Made by a program: the position numbers and the translations under genes
Notes under the pieces: model-generated
Seen by the model: the letters and a program-made list of their open reading frames with translations, nothing else
What the model was told of the DNA's origin: nothing
The model's database searches: none
Virus record (IMG/VR): IMGVR_UViG_3300025706_000015
Direction: 5' to 3' (one strand)
Length of the DNA stretch: 33,865 nt
Origin: a virus
In this document: piece by piece, positions 16,216 to 23,638 of the stretch
Layout of the letters: each line of letters begins with the position of its first letter
Position numbering within the stretch: the stretch's first letter is position 1

Positions 16216-16674
16216 TTAAGCCCAAACAATCTTATATTTTTCGTCGTACTTGCCGCCGTTAAACTTGTCGCAACACTTGCCGCAAGCAATGGCCGTACGG
16301 CGGTGGCGCTTAATCACGCGCTTGCAGTTCGGGCATTGCCCCGTTACCTTTTTATCTGGCGTAACCGTACTGGCCGCGCTGTAGTATGTCTGGCCGTCGC
16401 CGCCTATGCTGCGGCAAATAGCTTTCCATACTGCGCTATGGTGTGCCTTACGTCCTGCTAGGGCGTGGGCAATCTCATGTAGCAGTATCGTACGTACTTT
16501 GGTTTCGTCGTTCAGGCTGGTAAGCGTGTGGCTTAGGGTTATGCGCTTAGTGTTGTAGTGGCAAGCGCCAAAACGTCGTACTGCGTTGTCGTAGCTAAAC
16601 GTCCAACCTTTAGCCTTAAGGCCATGTTCGGCCATAAGTTCGTTTGCTATTTTTTGTGCTGCGGCTAGGTGCAT
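16216..16674 (-). CDS. SprT-like zinc metalloprotease with C-terminal zinc ribbon
   Basis: ..ILLHEIAHAL.. HExxH motif plus CPNCKR...CGKCC. GGAACAACGA lies 3 nt upstream of the ATG. Confidence 0.75.
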   Translation of the reverse strand: MHLAAAQKIANELMAEHGLKAKGWTFSYDNAVRRFGACHYNTKRITLSHTLTSLNDETKVRTILLHEIAHALAGRKAHHSAVWKAICRSIGGDGQTYYSAASTVTPDKKVTGQCPNCKRVIKRHRRTAIACGKCCDKFNGGKYDEKYKIVWA

Positions 16675-16694
16675 GGTTCGTTGTTCCTTGCTAT

Positions 16695-17177
16695 TTAGTT
16701 GCTATCTACCTCTGATATTATCATACTTTTCATATCATTGCAACTTTTTTCTATAGCATTTCGTACTAACTCATGCCGTACAACGGTAAACTCTACGCGT
16801 GGGTTGTCGCGGTCTAGTACGTGCAGTATAATTTTGGCCTTAATCTGCCTGTCGTTCACGTACACGCCATTAAAGGTAACTATGCCCGCCTTGTTCTTGC
16901 GTTCCTGTAGTACGTCCATTACTAGGCTTTCGTCTAAGTCCTGCCGTAGGCTTGGGTAGTATATGGTGGCAAATAGCGCTACGTCGCCTTTAAACGGGTT
17001 CAGGTCTGGCGGTATTTGTTCCAGTGCCATACGTTCAAAGGCTAGGCCGTCTGCGCTTTTAATAAACAAACCGCTGCGCGTGGCGCGGCGGCTGTTTGCT
17101 TTACTTACTACCTTGCCAATTATGCTGCCGCTAATTAGTTTCGGTTCGTTCGTCAGGTCTGGTGCTTTCCGTACCAT
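16695..17177 (-). CDS. RusA-like Holliday junction resolvase (putative)
   Basis: ..RQDLDESLVMDVLQ....GVYVNDRQIKAKI.. resembles the RusA D-x-D...K...DD-x-Q-I core. Confidence 0.55.
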   Translation of the reverse strand: MVRKAPDLTNEPKLISGSIIGKVVSKANSRRATRSGLFIKSADGLAFERMALEQIPPDLNPFKGDVALFATIYYPSLRQDLDESLVMDVLQERKNKAGIVTFNGVYVNDRQIKAKIILHVLDRDNPRVEFTVVRHELVRNAIEKSCNDMKSMIISEVDSN

Positions 17178-17457
17178 AGTTGCCTACAACTCGTTTCATT
17201 TCCGTTACGTTTTCTGCCAGGCCTTTTGCTAGCCCCTCAATGCGGTGCAGTGCCAGGTTTGTTTGGTCTAAACTCATATACTGCGGTATGGTCATTTTGC
17301 TGCGCTGGTAGCCCTGCTGCGCGGCCTCGTCATACTGGCGCTGCATATTCTCGTCGTAATCGTACGTTATTTTGCTGTAGCGCTTGCCAATCTCATAGCC
17401 TCGCCCAAACAGTATGCCTAAACATAGTGCTGCAATTATTAAAATAAACGTTAGCAT
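17131..17457 (-). CDS. Hypothetical membrane-anchored protein
   Basis: 108 aa with an N-terminal TM segment MLTFILIIAALCLGILFG. Confidence 0.7.
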   Translation of the reverse strand: MLTFILIIAALCLGILFGRGYEIGKRYSKITYDYDENMQRQYDEAAQQGYQRSKMTIPQYMSLDQTNLALHRIEGLAKGLAENVTEMKRVVGNYGTESTRPDERTETN

Positions 17458-17467
17458 TGTACCCCTT

Positions 17468-17722
17468 TCAAAAAAACGCTATCCATATACGCCAGGCTAT
17501 TACTGCCGCAATGGTACTTAGTGCTATTGTACGCCAAAGCTTTGCCCACCACTCGTACTTGTCTGCTATACGGTAGGCTGCTTTTTTAAGTACATTTTCC
17601 GTATCAAGGTGCAGTTCCAGGCGCTTAACGTCGCGCTGGCTTGCCTCTAGTTCGGCCTGCAATTCCTGGTAGGTTTTTAAGCCCTCGCGGTGCATGGCCT
17701 CTTGTATTGTTTCCGCTGTCAT
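17468..17722 (-). CDS. Hypothetical protein with C-terminal TM
   Basis: 84 aa, coiled-coil-like, then ..TIALSTIAAVIAWRIWIAFF. Confidence 0.7.
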   Translation of the reverse strand: MTAETIQEAMHREGLKTYQELQAELEASQRDVKRLELHLDTENVLKKAAYRIADKYEWWAKLWRTIALSTIAAVIAWRIWIAFF

Positions 17723-17970
17723 TTTTTTGCTTTCTTAATTCTTTTATTTAGTACTGGGTCGCTTGGTAAGTATTCGTACCCTAGCTTAAACTTATCTAAT
17801 TCGCTACGTTTCTTTTTCCACCCGTTCTTAGCGCCCTTAGCGCCTGCGGCTGCGGCGCGGGCTTTATCTGCCGCAAAACCGCGTAGGCCTTTGTGGGGGG
17901 CTTTGCCCCCCTTTCGGCCTGCCTCGGCGCGTTTCATACTTAACGCGTCTTGCATTACTGTATGCGCCAC
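17719..17970 (-). CDS. Basic Lys/Gly/Ala-rich protein (KGG-like motif)
   Basis: ..GRKGGKAPHKGLRGFAADKARAAAAGAKGAKNG... Confidence 0.55.
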   Translation of the reverse strand: MAHTVMQDALSMKRAEAGRKGGKAPHKGLRGFAADKARAAAAGAKGAKNGWKKKRSELDKFKLGYEYLPSDPVLNKRIKKAKK

Positions 17971-18437
17971 TAAAACTTGTCTAAAAAACGGCGTAGTAAC
18001 GGTTTCTTGCCCTCAAGTCGGTACACGCGTGTTACTAGGTTGTCCTCTGGGTTTGCCACTACTAGGCTGGTTAGCGTCTGTAGCCTGTCCTCTAGGTTGT
18101 TCGTGTGTTCAACCAGGCCGTCAATCAGTTGCTTAACTTGCTTTGGTGTGTAGGCGTAACCCAGGTCTTTTACCTTTTCGGCTGCCTTTTCCTGCGCCTT
18201 GTCGTTCTGCTTTTTAGCGGCCTTACGGTCGCGGCGGGCTGCTACCTCTTTGTCGGTGCGTTCCTTAAGCAGTTTTTTAAACTCTGCTACACTGTTAGCC
18301 TTAATCACAAAGCCAATGGTAGTAGGGCTTACGCCGTACTGTGTGGCCAGTTGCTTTTGGCTGTTGCCTGCGCGGTTCTTAGCCTTAATGTCTTTTAGTG
18401 CTGCTGCGTCAATAAACTGTGCGTTATTTTTACCCAT
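17970..18437 (-). CDS. Helix-turn-helix DNA-binding protein
   Basis: ..NSQKQLATQYGVSPTTIGFVI.. is an HTH, followed by a charged coiled region. Confidence 0.6.
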   Translation of the reverse strand: MGKNNAQFIDAAALKDIKAKNRAGNSQKQLATQYGVSPTTIGFVIKANSVAEFKKLLKERTDKEVAARRDRKAAKKQNDKAQEKAAEKVKDLGYAYTPKQVKQLIDGLVEHTNNLEDRLQTLTSLVVANPEDNLVTRVYRLEGKKPLLRRFLDKF

Positions 18438-18476
18438 AATTGTTAATTCCTTATACCCCTATTATTTATTATTACC

Positions 18477-18728
18477 CTAGTTTTGTGGTGCTGGTACGTC
18501 GTCAAACAAGTTAGTTTGCGGGTCGGTAAAATCTACTGCCCCAAACCAATCTGCTATTTCGTCGTCAGTGCTAAACGTAATTTTTTCAAAGGCTACAACC
18601 TTTAGTGTTACGGTGGCCTTAGTGCCAACCTCTACGTTTTCGTCGTCCAGTATCGGCGTATTTACAACCGTTACCTTAACGTTTTCGTTCGGTTCGTATA
18701 CGGTTTGGCTTTTTAATGCTTTTTTCAT
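18477..18728 (-). CDS. Hypothetical acidic protein
   Basis: 83-aa ORF. Confidence 0.7.
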   Translation of the reverse strand: MKKALKSQTVYEPNENVKVTVVNTPILDDENVEVGTKATVTLKVVAFEKITFSTDDEIADWFGAVDFTDPQTNLFDDVPAPQN

Positions 18729-18739
18729 GCGTCCCCTTT

Positions 18740-19351
18740 CTAAAGGTCAATGCTGTTAAATGTGCCGTTGTCGCGGCGCTGGTTGTCCTGCAAATACCAC
18801 TCGTATTGCTGTATAAACTCGCTTGCGTATGTCCGTATAAACTCTATGCCCCTTTCTCGCTGTTCAGGCGTTAAGTGTATGCGCGCTACGGTCAGTTGGT
18901 CTATAAATGGGTGCTTTACGCGGTACTCAAATAGTTCTGCCTCTGGTACAAGTACTTTGTAAACGCTGTGCTGGTAACTGCCAGTGTAAACGGTCGCGCT
19001 GCTGGTGCTTAGTTTCCAGTCGCGTAGCGTTGGCATATCAACGGCGTTAGGTTCGTAGTTGTCGTACACGCCCACAAACTCTACTATGTTGTCGCCTAGC
19101 TTAAACCGCTTAACTAGCTTTTTCTCTACCGTCCAACCGTCTGTAAGTTCCTGGCCGCCTAGCATTTCTGGTATTTTGCCTGTGGCTAGTATCTGCTTTT
19201 CCCAAAGCGCGTGGTACTTTTTGCCTAGTTCCATTGCTGGGGTGGCGGGCAATCGTACGCGGTTAAACATATTTATTGCCTCGTCAATGTACCCTAGCCT
19301 TACCTTGTCCAAAATACTAAAGCTTAGGCGGTAAACTTTAGCGGCCGCCAT
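18740..19351 (-). CDS. PD-(D/E)XK family nuclease (putative recombination exonuclease)
   Basis: ..FVGVYD....LRDWKLS....YQHSVY.. gives a D / D-x-K / QxxxY pattern. It lies adjacent to the annealase gene. Confidence 0.5.
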   Translation of the reverse strand: MAAAKVYRLSFSILDKVRLGYIDEAINMFNRVRLPATPAMELGKKYHALWEKQILATGKIPEMLGGQELTDGWTVEKKLVKRFKLGDNIVEFVGVYDNYEPNAVDMPTLRDWKLSTSSATVYTGSYQHSVYKVLVPEAELFEYRVKHPFIDQLTVARIHLTPEQRERGIEFIRTYASEFIQQYEWYLQDNQRRDNGTFNSIDL

Positions 19352-19770
19352 TACTCTACAACCTTTATGGCCATGCGGTATTTACGGTTGGCTGGCACTA
19401 CGTCTGCTGGCAATTCGCCGTTAGCCTCTGCGTAAGCCTCAATGGCTTTGCTGTTCAGTCGTAGCGTAACACTCTTGCTTACAAAGTCCTCTGCAATGTT
19501 AGCAATCTCTACGCCGTCTTTTGGCGCGTATACGCTGCCTGTTAGGCTGCGCGTAATCTTAATCTTATTGCCTACAATGCTGGTAACTGCTGGGTTGTTA
19601 TCGTTAATAACTGCCTGCAAGTTTGCCTGCGCCAGTCCCATAGCCTCTGCTAATTCGGCCTGGTATTGTACTAATAGTTTTAGGTGCTTTTCCGCGCCAG
19701 GCTTAAAGTAAAAGTTACCTGCCTCGTCTACGGCTACTTTAATTTTGTCGGTGTCAATCGTTACTATCAT
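19351..19770 (-). CDS. Hypothetical protein
   Basis: 139-aa ORF between the annealase and the nuclease. Confidence 0.75.
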   Translation of the reverse strand: MIVTIDTDKIKVAVDEAGNFYFKPGAEKHLKLLVQYQAELAEAMGLAQANLQAVINDNNPAVTSIVGNKIKITRSLTGSVYAPKDGVEIANIAEDFVSKSVTLRLNSKAIEAYAEANGELPADVVPANRKYRMAIKVVE

Positions 19771-19771
19771 G

Positions 19772-20386
19772 CTATTTAAGTTCCTCTAGTTCGTTATCAA
19801 CTGCTGCTGCTGCGTCCTCGTACTTTTTATCTTTAGCTGTTTTGTCGTCCGCCTCGTCTGGGTTCTTTTCGTAAAATGCCAATTCGCGGTACTCGTCTGC
19901 TGCGTAAACGTCGCGGCCAATACCTAAGTCGCTGGCACACTTTTTAAGCGCGTCAGTAGTAGCGGCCTTTAGGTCGTTACCAAAGTCCAGTGCCTTAGTT
20001 TTATCTGCCTTAAGTCGCTTAATGTCTGCGCGTCCAAACTGTTCACGTACCAGGGTCGTTACAATCTTGCCGTCGCCGTCGCGTACATTGCCAGTTAATC
20101 GGCCGTACACAATCGCCTGGTCGCCCTTAACATCAAAGCTTTTTACCTCAAAGTTCCAGTCGTAGCCAAAAAAGCGGTCTAGCTGGCTTTTAACGTATGC
20201 GCCAGTAATAAACTTAAAGCGCCCGCCGCCTTTGCCTGGCTTTTCGTGTACGTGCTGCGCTGGCGTACGTTTGTATAGTAGGTTCATGTGCTTAGTATCT
20301 AGCACGTTAAAGCCTACGGTCGCTGCGCGCTTTGGCACAACAATACGGCTGTCCGTATTCTCGTTGTTGTTGTCGTTGTTATTCAA
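19772..20386 (-). CDS. Rad52/Sak-like single-strand annealing protein
   Basis: ..RFKFITGAYV..LDRFFGYDWNFEV....GNDLKAATTDALKKCASDLGIGRDVY.. is Rad52-like. The start is set at TTG 20386 because AAAGGAACAACGACC precedes it; the track's 20548 start runs through two terminator hairpins. Confidence 0.65.
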   Translation of the reverse strand: MNNNDNNNENTDSRIVVPKRAATVGFNVLDTKHMNLLYKRTPAQHVHEKPGKGGGRFKFITGAYVKSQLDRFFGYDWNFEVKSFDVKGDQAIVYGRLTGNVRDGDGKIVTTLVREQFGRADIKRLKADKTKALDFGNDLKAATTDALKKCASDLGIGRDVYAADEYRELAFYEKNPDEADDKTAKDKKYEDAAAAVDNELEELK

Positions 20387-20503
20387 GGTCGTTGTTCCTT
20401 TCGTTGTTACTATCGTAGTACTATTTTTGCTTATGCTGGCCACAAAGTCAATACATTTTTGCAACTTTTTTCTATACCCCTGTGCATAACAGTTTGCTAT
20501 ACT

Positions 20504-20542
20504 AAAAATGGCCGCTATGGTTTCGTTGTTCCAATAGCGGCC
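20504..20542 (-). terminator. Rho-independent terminator (second of a tandem pair)
   Basis: Sense GGCCGCTAT-(15-nt loop containing GGAACAACGAA)-ATAGCGGCC followed by ATTTTT. Confidence 0.55.
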
Positions 20543-20546
20543 AACC

Positions 20547-20579
20547 AAAAAGCACTACATAAGTTCAGTAGTGCTTTTT
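20547..20579 (-). terminator. Rho-independent terminator, bidirectional shape
   Basis: AAAAAGCACTAC-9 nt-GTAGTGCTTTTT: a 12-bp stem flanked by A and T runs, 15 nt after the stop of 20594..21133. Confidence 0.75.
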
Positions 20580-20593
20580 CTATTTGGCGGGGT

Positions 20594-21133
20594 TTATAGC
20601 CCTACGTATTTGCATATACTCCAATCGGCATTGCAAACAATGTCTTTAGGTGGCCAACAACCTTTGTCGCCTGCCATTTCGTAAAATGGGCATTGCCCAA
20701 CCGTACCTACGTAACTAAGCGGGTCGCCTGGCGTTACGGGTATGTTCGTAAATGGTATGTGGCCGCCGTCCTGTTTTGTAGCCCCTAGCGGGTCGCTAGC
20801 TGGTGCTGGTTGCATAGGCTGCGTATTTGCTGGTTGTGGCGCTTGCGCCTTGCTAGGCGCTGCCTGCGGGGCATAAGTCGTAACGGTCTGTGTGCCGCCC
20901 GTTTCTTTTACTGCGCCGCCCTCGTCGCGCTGCGTTTCCTTTACGGGTTGTTCGCTTACGCTGTCTACCTGGTTAAAGCTATTAGCTGGCTGCGCGCCAA
21001 ATGCTTGCTTTGCCTGGTTGCTTTGGGCTGCCACAAATACGCCCAGTGCCAAAACCAATGCAATACCTAGCCCCGTAGTAACGGCGCTAATTGCAAGCGT
21101 CTGGCGTTTTGTCAGTTCTAATAGGTTAATCAT
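20594..21133 (-). CDS. Membrane-anchored/secreted protein with P/A/Q-rich linker and Cys-rich C-terminal domain
   Basis: TM segment ..AISAVTTGLGIALVLALGVFVAA.., a low-complexity linker, and 4 Cys in the last 45 aa. Confidence 0.75.
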   Translation of the reverse strand: MINLLELTKRQTLAISAVTTGLGIALVLALGVFVAAQSNQAKQAFGAQPANSFNQVDSVSEQPVKETQRDEGGAVKETGGTQTVTTYAPQAAPSKAQAPQPANTQPMQPAPASDPLGATKQDGGHIPFTNIPVTPGDPLSYVGTVGQCPFYEMAGDKGCWPPKDIVCNADWSICKYVGL

Positions 21134-21306
21134 TTCTGTAGTTTATCCTCATCTACAACTATACCTTTTTCCTTTGCGTCGTCCAATATCAAAACCGTTA
21201 GGTAATTCTTAATGTTCCTGTGGTCTTTTTTGGCCAACTGCTTTAGTAAGTCGTGTAGGTACGGTTCAAGTTGTACCGTTTTAACATCTCGTTTATTGTC
21301 TGGCAT
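21130..21306 (-). CDS. Ribbon-helix-helix protein (58 aa; not in the ORF track)
   Basis: MPDNKRDVKTVQLEPYLHDLLKQLAKKDHRNIKNYLTVLILDDAKEKGIVVDEDKLQK. SD GAAAGGAAC lies upstream, and the TGA overlaps the next ATG (ATGA). Confidence 0.6.
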   Translation of the reverse strand: MPDNKRDVKTVQLEPYLHDLLKQLAKKDHRNIKNYLTVLILDDAKEKGIVVDEDKLQK

Positions 21307-21321
21307 ATCGTTAGTTCCTTT

Positions 21322-21567
21322 CTAATTCTCGCCTAGTAATTTCTTAATATCTGTAAGGGCGCGGCTAGTGCTGTTAATCACTTGCAAACTCATTGCGTCG
21401 CCTATAATCTCGTAACCCTCGCGGGCTGCCTGCAATGCGGTTAGTATATCGCCCAGGCACTCGGCCGCTAAGTCCACGCGGCCTGTGTACTTTTCCAGTA
21501 CTGCCGCTGCGTCCTCAAGCGTTAATGCGCCACGTATCTTTGCTGCCATAAGTTCTTGTGCTGTCAT
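21322..21567 (-). CDS. Hypothetical protein
   Basis: 81-aa ORF. Confidence 0.75.
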   Translation of the reverse strand: MTAQELMAAKIRGALTLEDAAAVLEKYTGRVDLAAECLGDILTALQAAREGYEIIGDAMSLQVINSTSRALTDIKKLLGEN

Positions 21568-21569
21568 GT

Positions 21570-21842
21570 TTACCCCACTACCATTAACGGCTGCATATAG
21601 TCGCTATATGGCTGCATTATTTTTACTGCCTCGTTTACATCAGATGAAAACTCAATCTTGTGCGGTAGGTCGTAAATATGGTACTGCTTAGGTGCGCTGT
21701 CTACGTCTGCCGTTTTCTCAATTCTCTTAAAACCCGCCGCCTCTAGCTTGTTCATCATTTCAAGCATTTTTTCTTTGGCCTCTGGTTTTTCAGGGTTGTT
21801 AGTATAGTGCGGGTAAGGCAAGTTACCAAATGATACTTGCAT
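21570..21842 (-). CDS. Hypothetical protein
   Basis: 90-aa ORF whose start overlaps the upstream stop. Confidence 0.75.
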   Translation of the reverse strand: MQVSFGNLPYPHYTNNPEKPEAKEKMLEMMNKLEAAGFKRIEKTADVDSAPKQYHIYDLPHKIEFSSDVNEAVKIMQPYSDYMQPLMVVG

Positions 21843-22090
21843 TATAGCTTAACCCCAACTTTTTTAAGTTCCTCTACAAGTACAAAGTTTGCCTGCTGTA
21901 GTAGGCTGGCGCTACCTGTAAACGCCACTGTGTCTTTACCCAACGCCTTAGCGTTTTCTTTTACGTATGCAATATACTTATCGCCGTCCCTAAACTCTTG
22001 TACGTTTTCGCCTGTTCCGCGCCAACTAATCGGCATTTTGGTTTCAGGGTCGCGTACAATGTCCGTTGCCTTTTGCAAAATAATATACAT
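21842..22090 (-). CDS. Hypothetical protein (first gene of an early operon)
   Basis: 82 aa. GGAACAACGA lies 3 nt upstream of the ATG, with the promoter just upstream. Confidence 0.8.
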   Translation of the reverse strand: MYIILQKATDIVRDPETKMPISWRGTGENVQEFRDGDKYIAYVKENAKALGKDTVAFTGSASLLQQANFVLVEELKKVGVKL

Positions 22091-22124
22091 AGTTCGTTGT
22101 TCCTTTCGTTATCTTTACTACTCT

Positions 22125-22152
22125 ATTGTACTACAATGGTACTACATTGCAA
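22125..22152 (-). promoter_or_regulatory. Sigma70-like promoter TTGCAA-N16-TACAAT with tandem GTAGTAC repeats in the spacer
   Basis: -35 at 22147..22152 (within CTATTGCAA) and -10 at 22125..22130. The spacer is TGTAGTACCATTGTAG. Confidence 0.6.
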
Positions 22153-22186
22153 TAGTTTTTTGTTGTAAAAGTGTAAAGCACTAGGG

Positions 22187-22223
22187 TAATAAAAAATAGG
22201 CTACCCTCGCAAAGTAGCCTATT
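22187..22223 (-). terminator. Rho-independent terminator
   Basis: Sense AATAGGCTAC-TTTGCGAGG-GTAGCCTATT followed by TTTTATT: a perfect 10-bp stem. Confidence 0.75.
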
Positions 22224-22322
22224 AGTCCTGGCCGTACGCCCCGTATGGTTTGTCGTTTGCTGCGTCTTACGCCCTGTTTCAGGTTCGCGCCACCAGGCAA
22301 AACACCCTTGAAAATCCCGCCT
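22187..22322 (-). ncRNA. Candidate small non-coding RNA (~135 nt) bounded by promoter and terminator
   Basis: An extended -10 (TGCTAATAT, 22330..22338) lies downstream of terminator 22431..22465. There is no ATG with an SD, and the unit ends at the 22187..22223 terminator. Confidence 0.35.
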
Positions 22323-22329
22323 CAAAATC

Positions 22330-22338
22330 ATATTAGCA
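22330..22338 (-). promoter_or_regulatory. Extended -10 promoter element TGC-TAATAT
   Basis: TGn plus a TAATAT hexamer. It has the same TGC-TAnnAT architecture as 23629..23637. Confidence 0.35.
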
Positions 22339-22430
22339 TAAGTACTATGTCGGGTGCTACTATTTAGTTAGGCGGTTCAACACCTGGCCGCCGTCCACTT
22401 AAAACAATAAATAAACATCTGCTTAAAACA

Positions 22431-22465
22431 AAGAAAAAGCCCCGCGCAATGTGGGGCTTTTTTAT
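22431..22465 (-). terminator. Rho-independent terminator, bidirectional shape
   Basis: AGCCCC-GCGCAATGT-GGGGCT flanked by A and T runs, downstream of 22584..22799. Confidence 0.7.
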
Positions 22466-22583
22466 TACCAGAGGCTAGCTGTTGTTCTACCATGCCGTCG
22501 CTTGTAGTGTCATAATTTTACGCTTGGTTTTTGTTTTGTAAGGGTTCGTTGTTCCTTACTGTTTATATAATAGCACAAGCGCT

Positions 22584-22799
22584 TTAATTTGTCAATACTT
22601 CCCAAAAGCCACCGTTGTTGTAGTGGTCGCAAACCTTGCGCCCCTCGGCTGTCATTTCGCCCACGTATATTTTGCATTGCCAGGTGTACGCTGCTTTCAT
22701 TGTCAGGTAACTATAGGCCACCACGTAATAAAGCACTACGGCTAGTATCGCGGCAATTAAGGTTAGTATTATGCGTTTTAGTATCGTTGTTTTACTCAT
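22584..22799 (-). CDS. Small single-pass membrane protein
   Basis: MSKTTILKRIILTLIAAILAVVLYYVVAY... The ATG at 22799 is preferred over the track's TTG at 22844, which overlaps the upstream gene. Confidence 0.65.
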   Translation of the reverse strand: MSKTTILKRIILTLIAAILAVVLYYVVAYSYLTMKAAYTWQCKIYVGEMTAEGRKVCDHYNNGGFWEVLTN

Positions 22800-22819
22800 A
22801 GCCCATTTATAGCATAGTG

Positions 22820-23059
22820 CTATTGCTTTGGGCAATCGTCGCAAGGTTTTGGCGTAAACGCCGTCTGTATGTGGCCAGGTAGGTTGGCACTCATAAAGCC
22901 TAGTACATTGAAAAACTTAGCCTCGCCGTCCTGGGTCTGCACAATAGCGCCCGCTGCGTTAATGGCTTGTGCAATGCCCTCTTTGTATAATTCCTCAATC
23001 TGCGCTAGGTTCATTGTGTCTAGCATAACGTCTTTTGTAAGTGGTTTATTCTGTTCCAT
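22820..23059 (-). CDS. Hypothetical early protein
   Basis: 79-aa ORF; the first ORF after the large non-coding region. Confidence 0.7.
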   Translation of the reverse strand: MEQNKPLTKDVMLDTMNLAQIEELYKEGIAQAINAAGAIVQTQDGEAKFFNVLGFMSANLPGHIQTAFTPKPCDDCPKQ

Positions 23060-23480
23060 GTATTTATAATACCCCCGCCGCCAATCACTGCATATAGTAG
23101 TTTGTTACTTGTAAAAATTACCACGCCTAATAGCCTGGGCGTTTTTTCGTGTTCCGCTACCAGGCTACCTACCATAATGCACACTACCTGCATATCATGC
23201 GGTCAGTGCGCGCCTTGTGGGGTTGCCTTAATTAAGCGGTTGTTCCAACGTTCAATTTAAAGCCCTTGTTCTATCGTCTGGCCAAATATCATAATAAGGC
23301 CGTCCGTTATTCTAAGTTCCCCTATTTGTTAAAGTACTCATAATGCTATGCAGTGCAGTGGGCGTATAACAGGCCATACGCCTAGCCAATGTACTACTTG
23401 TGGCCGCTGGGGCTTGCGGTGTGTGCCAGGTTCTTTAAAGCGCCCTGGTGGGTAGTAGTAACCCTGCCTACGCTGTCAAA

Positions 23481-23502
23481 CAAAAATACCCCTTGCGGGG
23501 TA
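23481..23502 (-). terminator. Rho-independent terminator (GCAA tetraloop)
   Basis: Sense TACCCC-GCAA-GGGGTA followed by TTTTTG. Confidence 0.65.
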
Positions 23503-23622
23503 AGTCTGTATAAGTATCTGGTTATCACTAATCTATTTAAGAATAGCAAATAGCCCACTACTTTACAAGTGTTTACCCTCGCTTTTTTGCTACGGGCAAA
23601 ATGATTAGTAATAACCTGTAGC
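23481..23622 (-). ncRNA. Candidate structured small RNA (~140 nt)
   Basis: Extended -10 TGCTATGAT (23629..23637). A 14-bp long-range stem pairs 23603..23616 with 23520..23533 (one G-U). An internal TTTTGC-CCGTA-GCAAAA hairpin is present, and the unit ends at the 23481..23502 terminator. Confidence 0.4.
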
Positions 23623-23628
23623 TTTCTT

Positions 23629-23637
23629 ATCATAGCA
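23629..23637 (-). promoter_or_regulatory. Extended -10 promoter element TGC-TATGAT
   Basis: Lies directly after the U-tract of the late-operon terminator. Confidence 0.35.
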
Positions 23638-23638
23638 C

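Noticed and set aside
20387-20548. N-terminal 54-codon extension of the annealase ORF given in the track.
   Set aside because: The extension spans two terminator hairpins and promoter-like sequence. The conserved AAAGGAACAACGACC initiation element sits directly before the TTG at 20386.
22131-22331. 66-aa minus-strand ORF.
   Set aside because: Its ATG is part of a -10 element. It runs through the perfect 10-bp terminator 22187..22223 and the next promoter (22125..22152), and it has no SD.
22511-22540. Eight-codon ORF (MTLQATAW) after the GGAACAACGA copy at about 22546.
   Set aside because: It is too short, the ATG is about 30 nt from the motif, and the motif there is folded into a hairpin in a 3' UTR just before a terminator.
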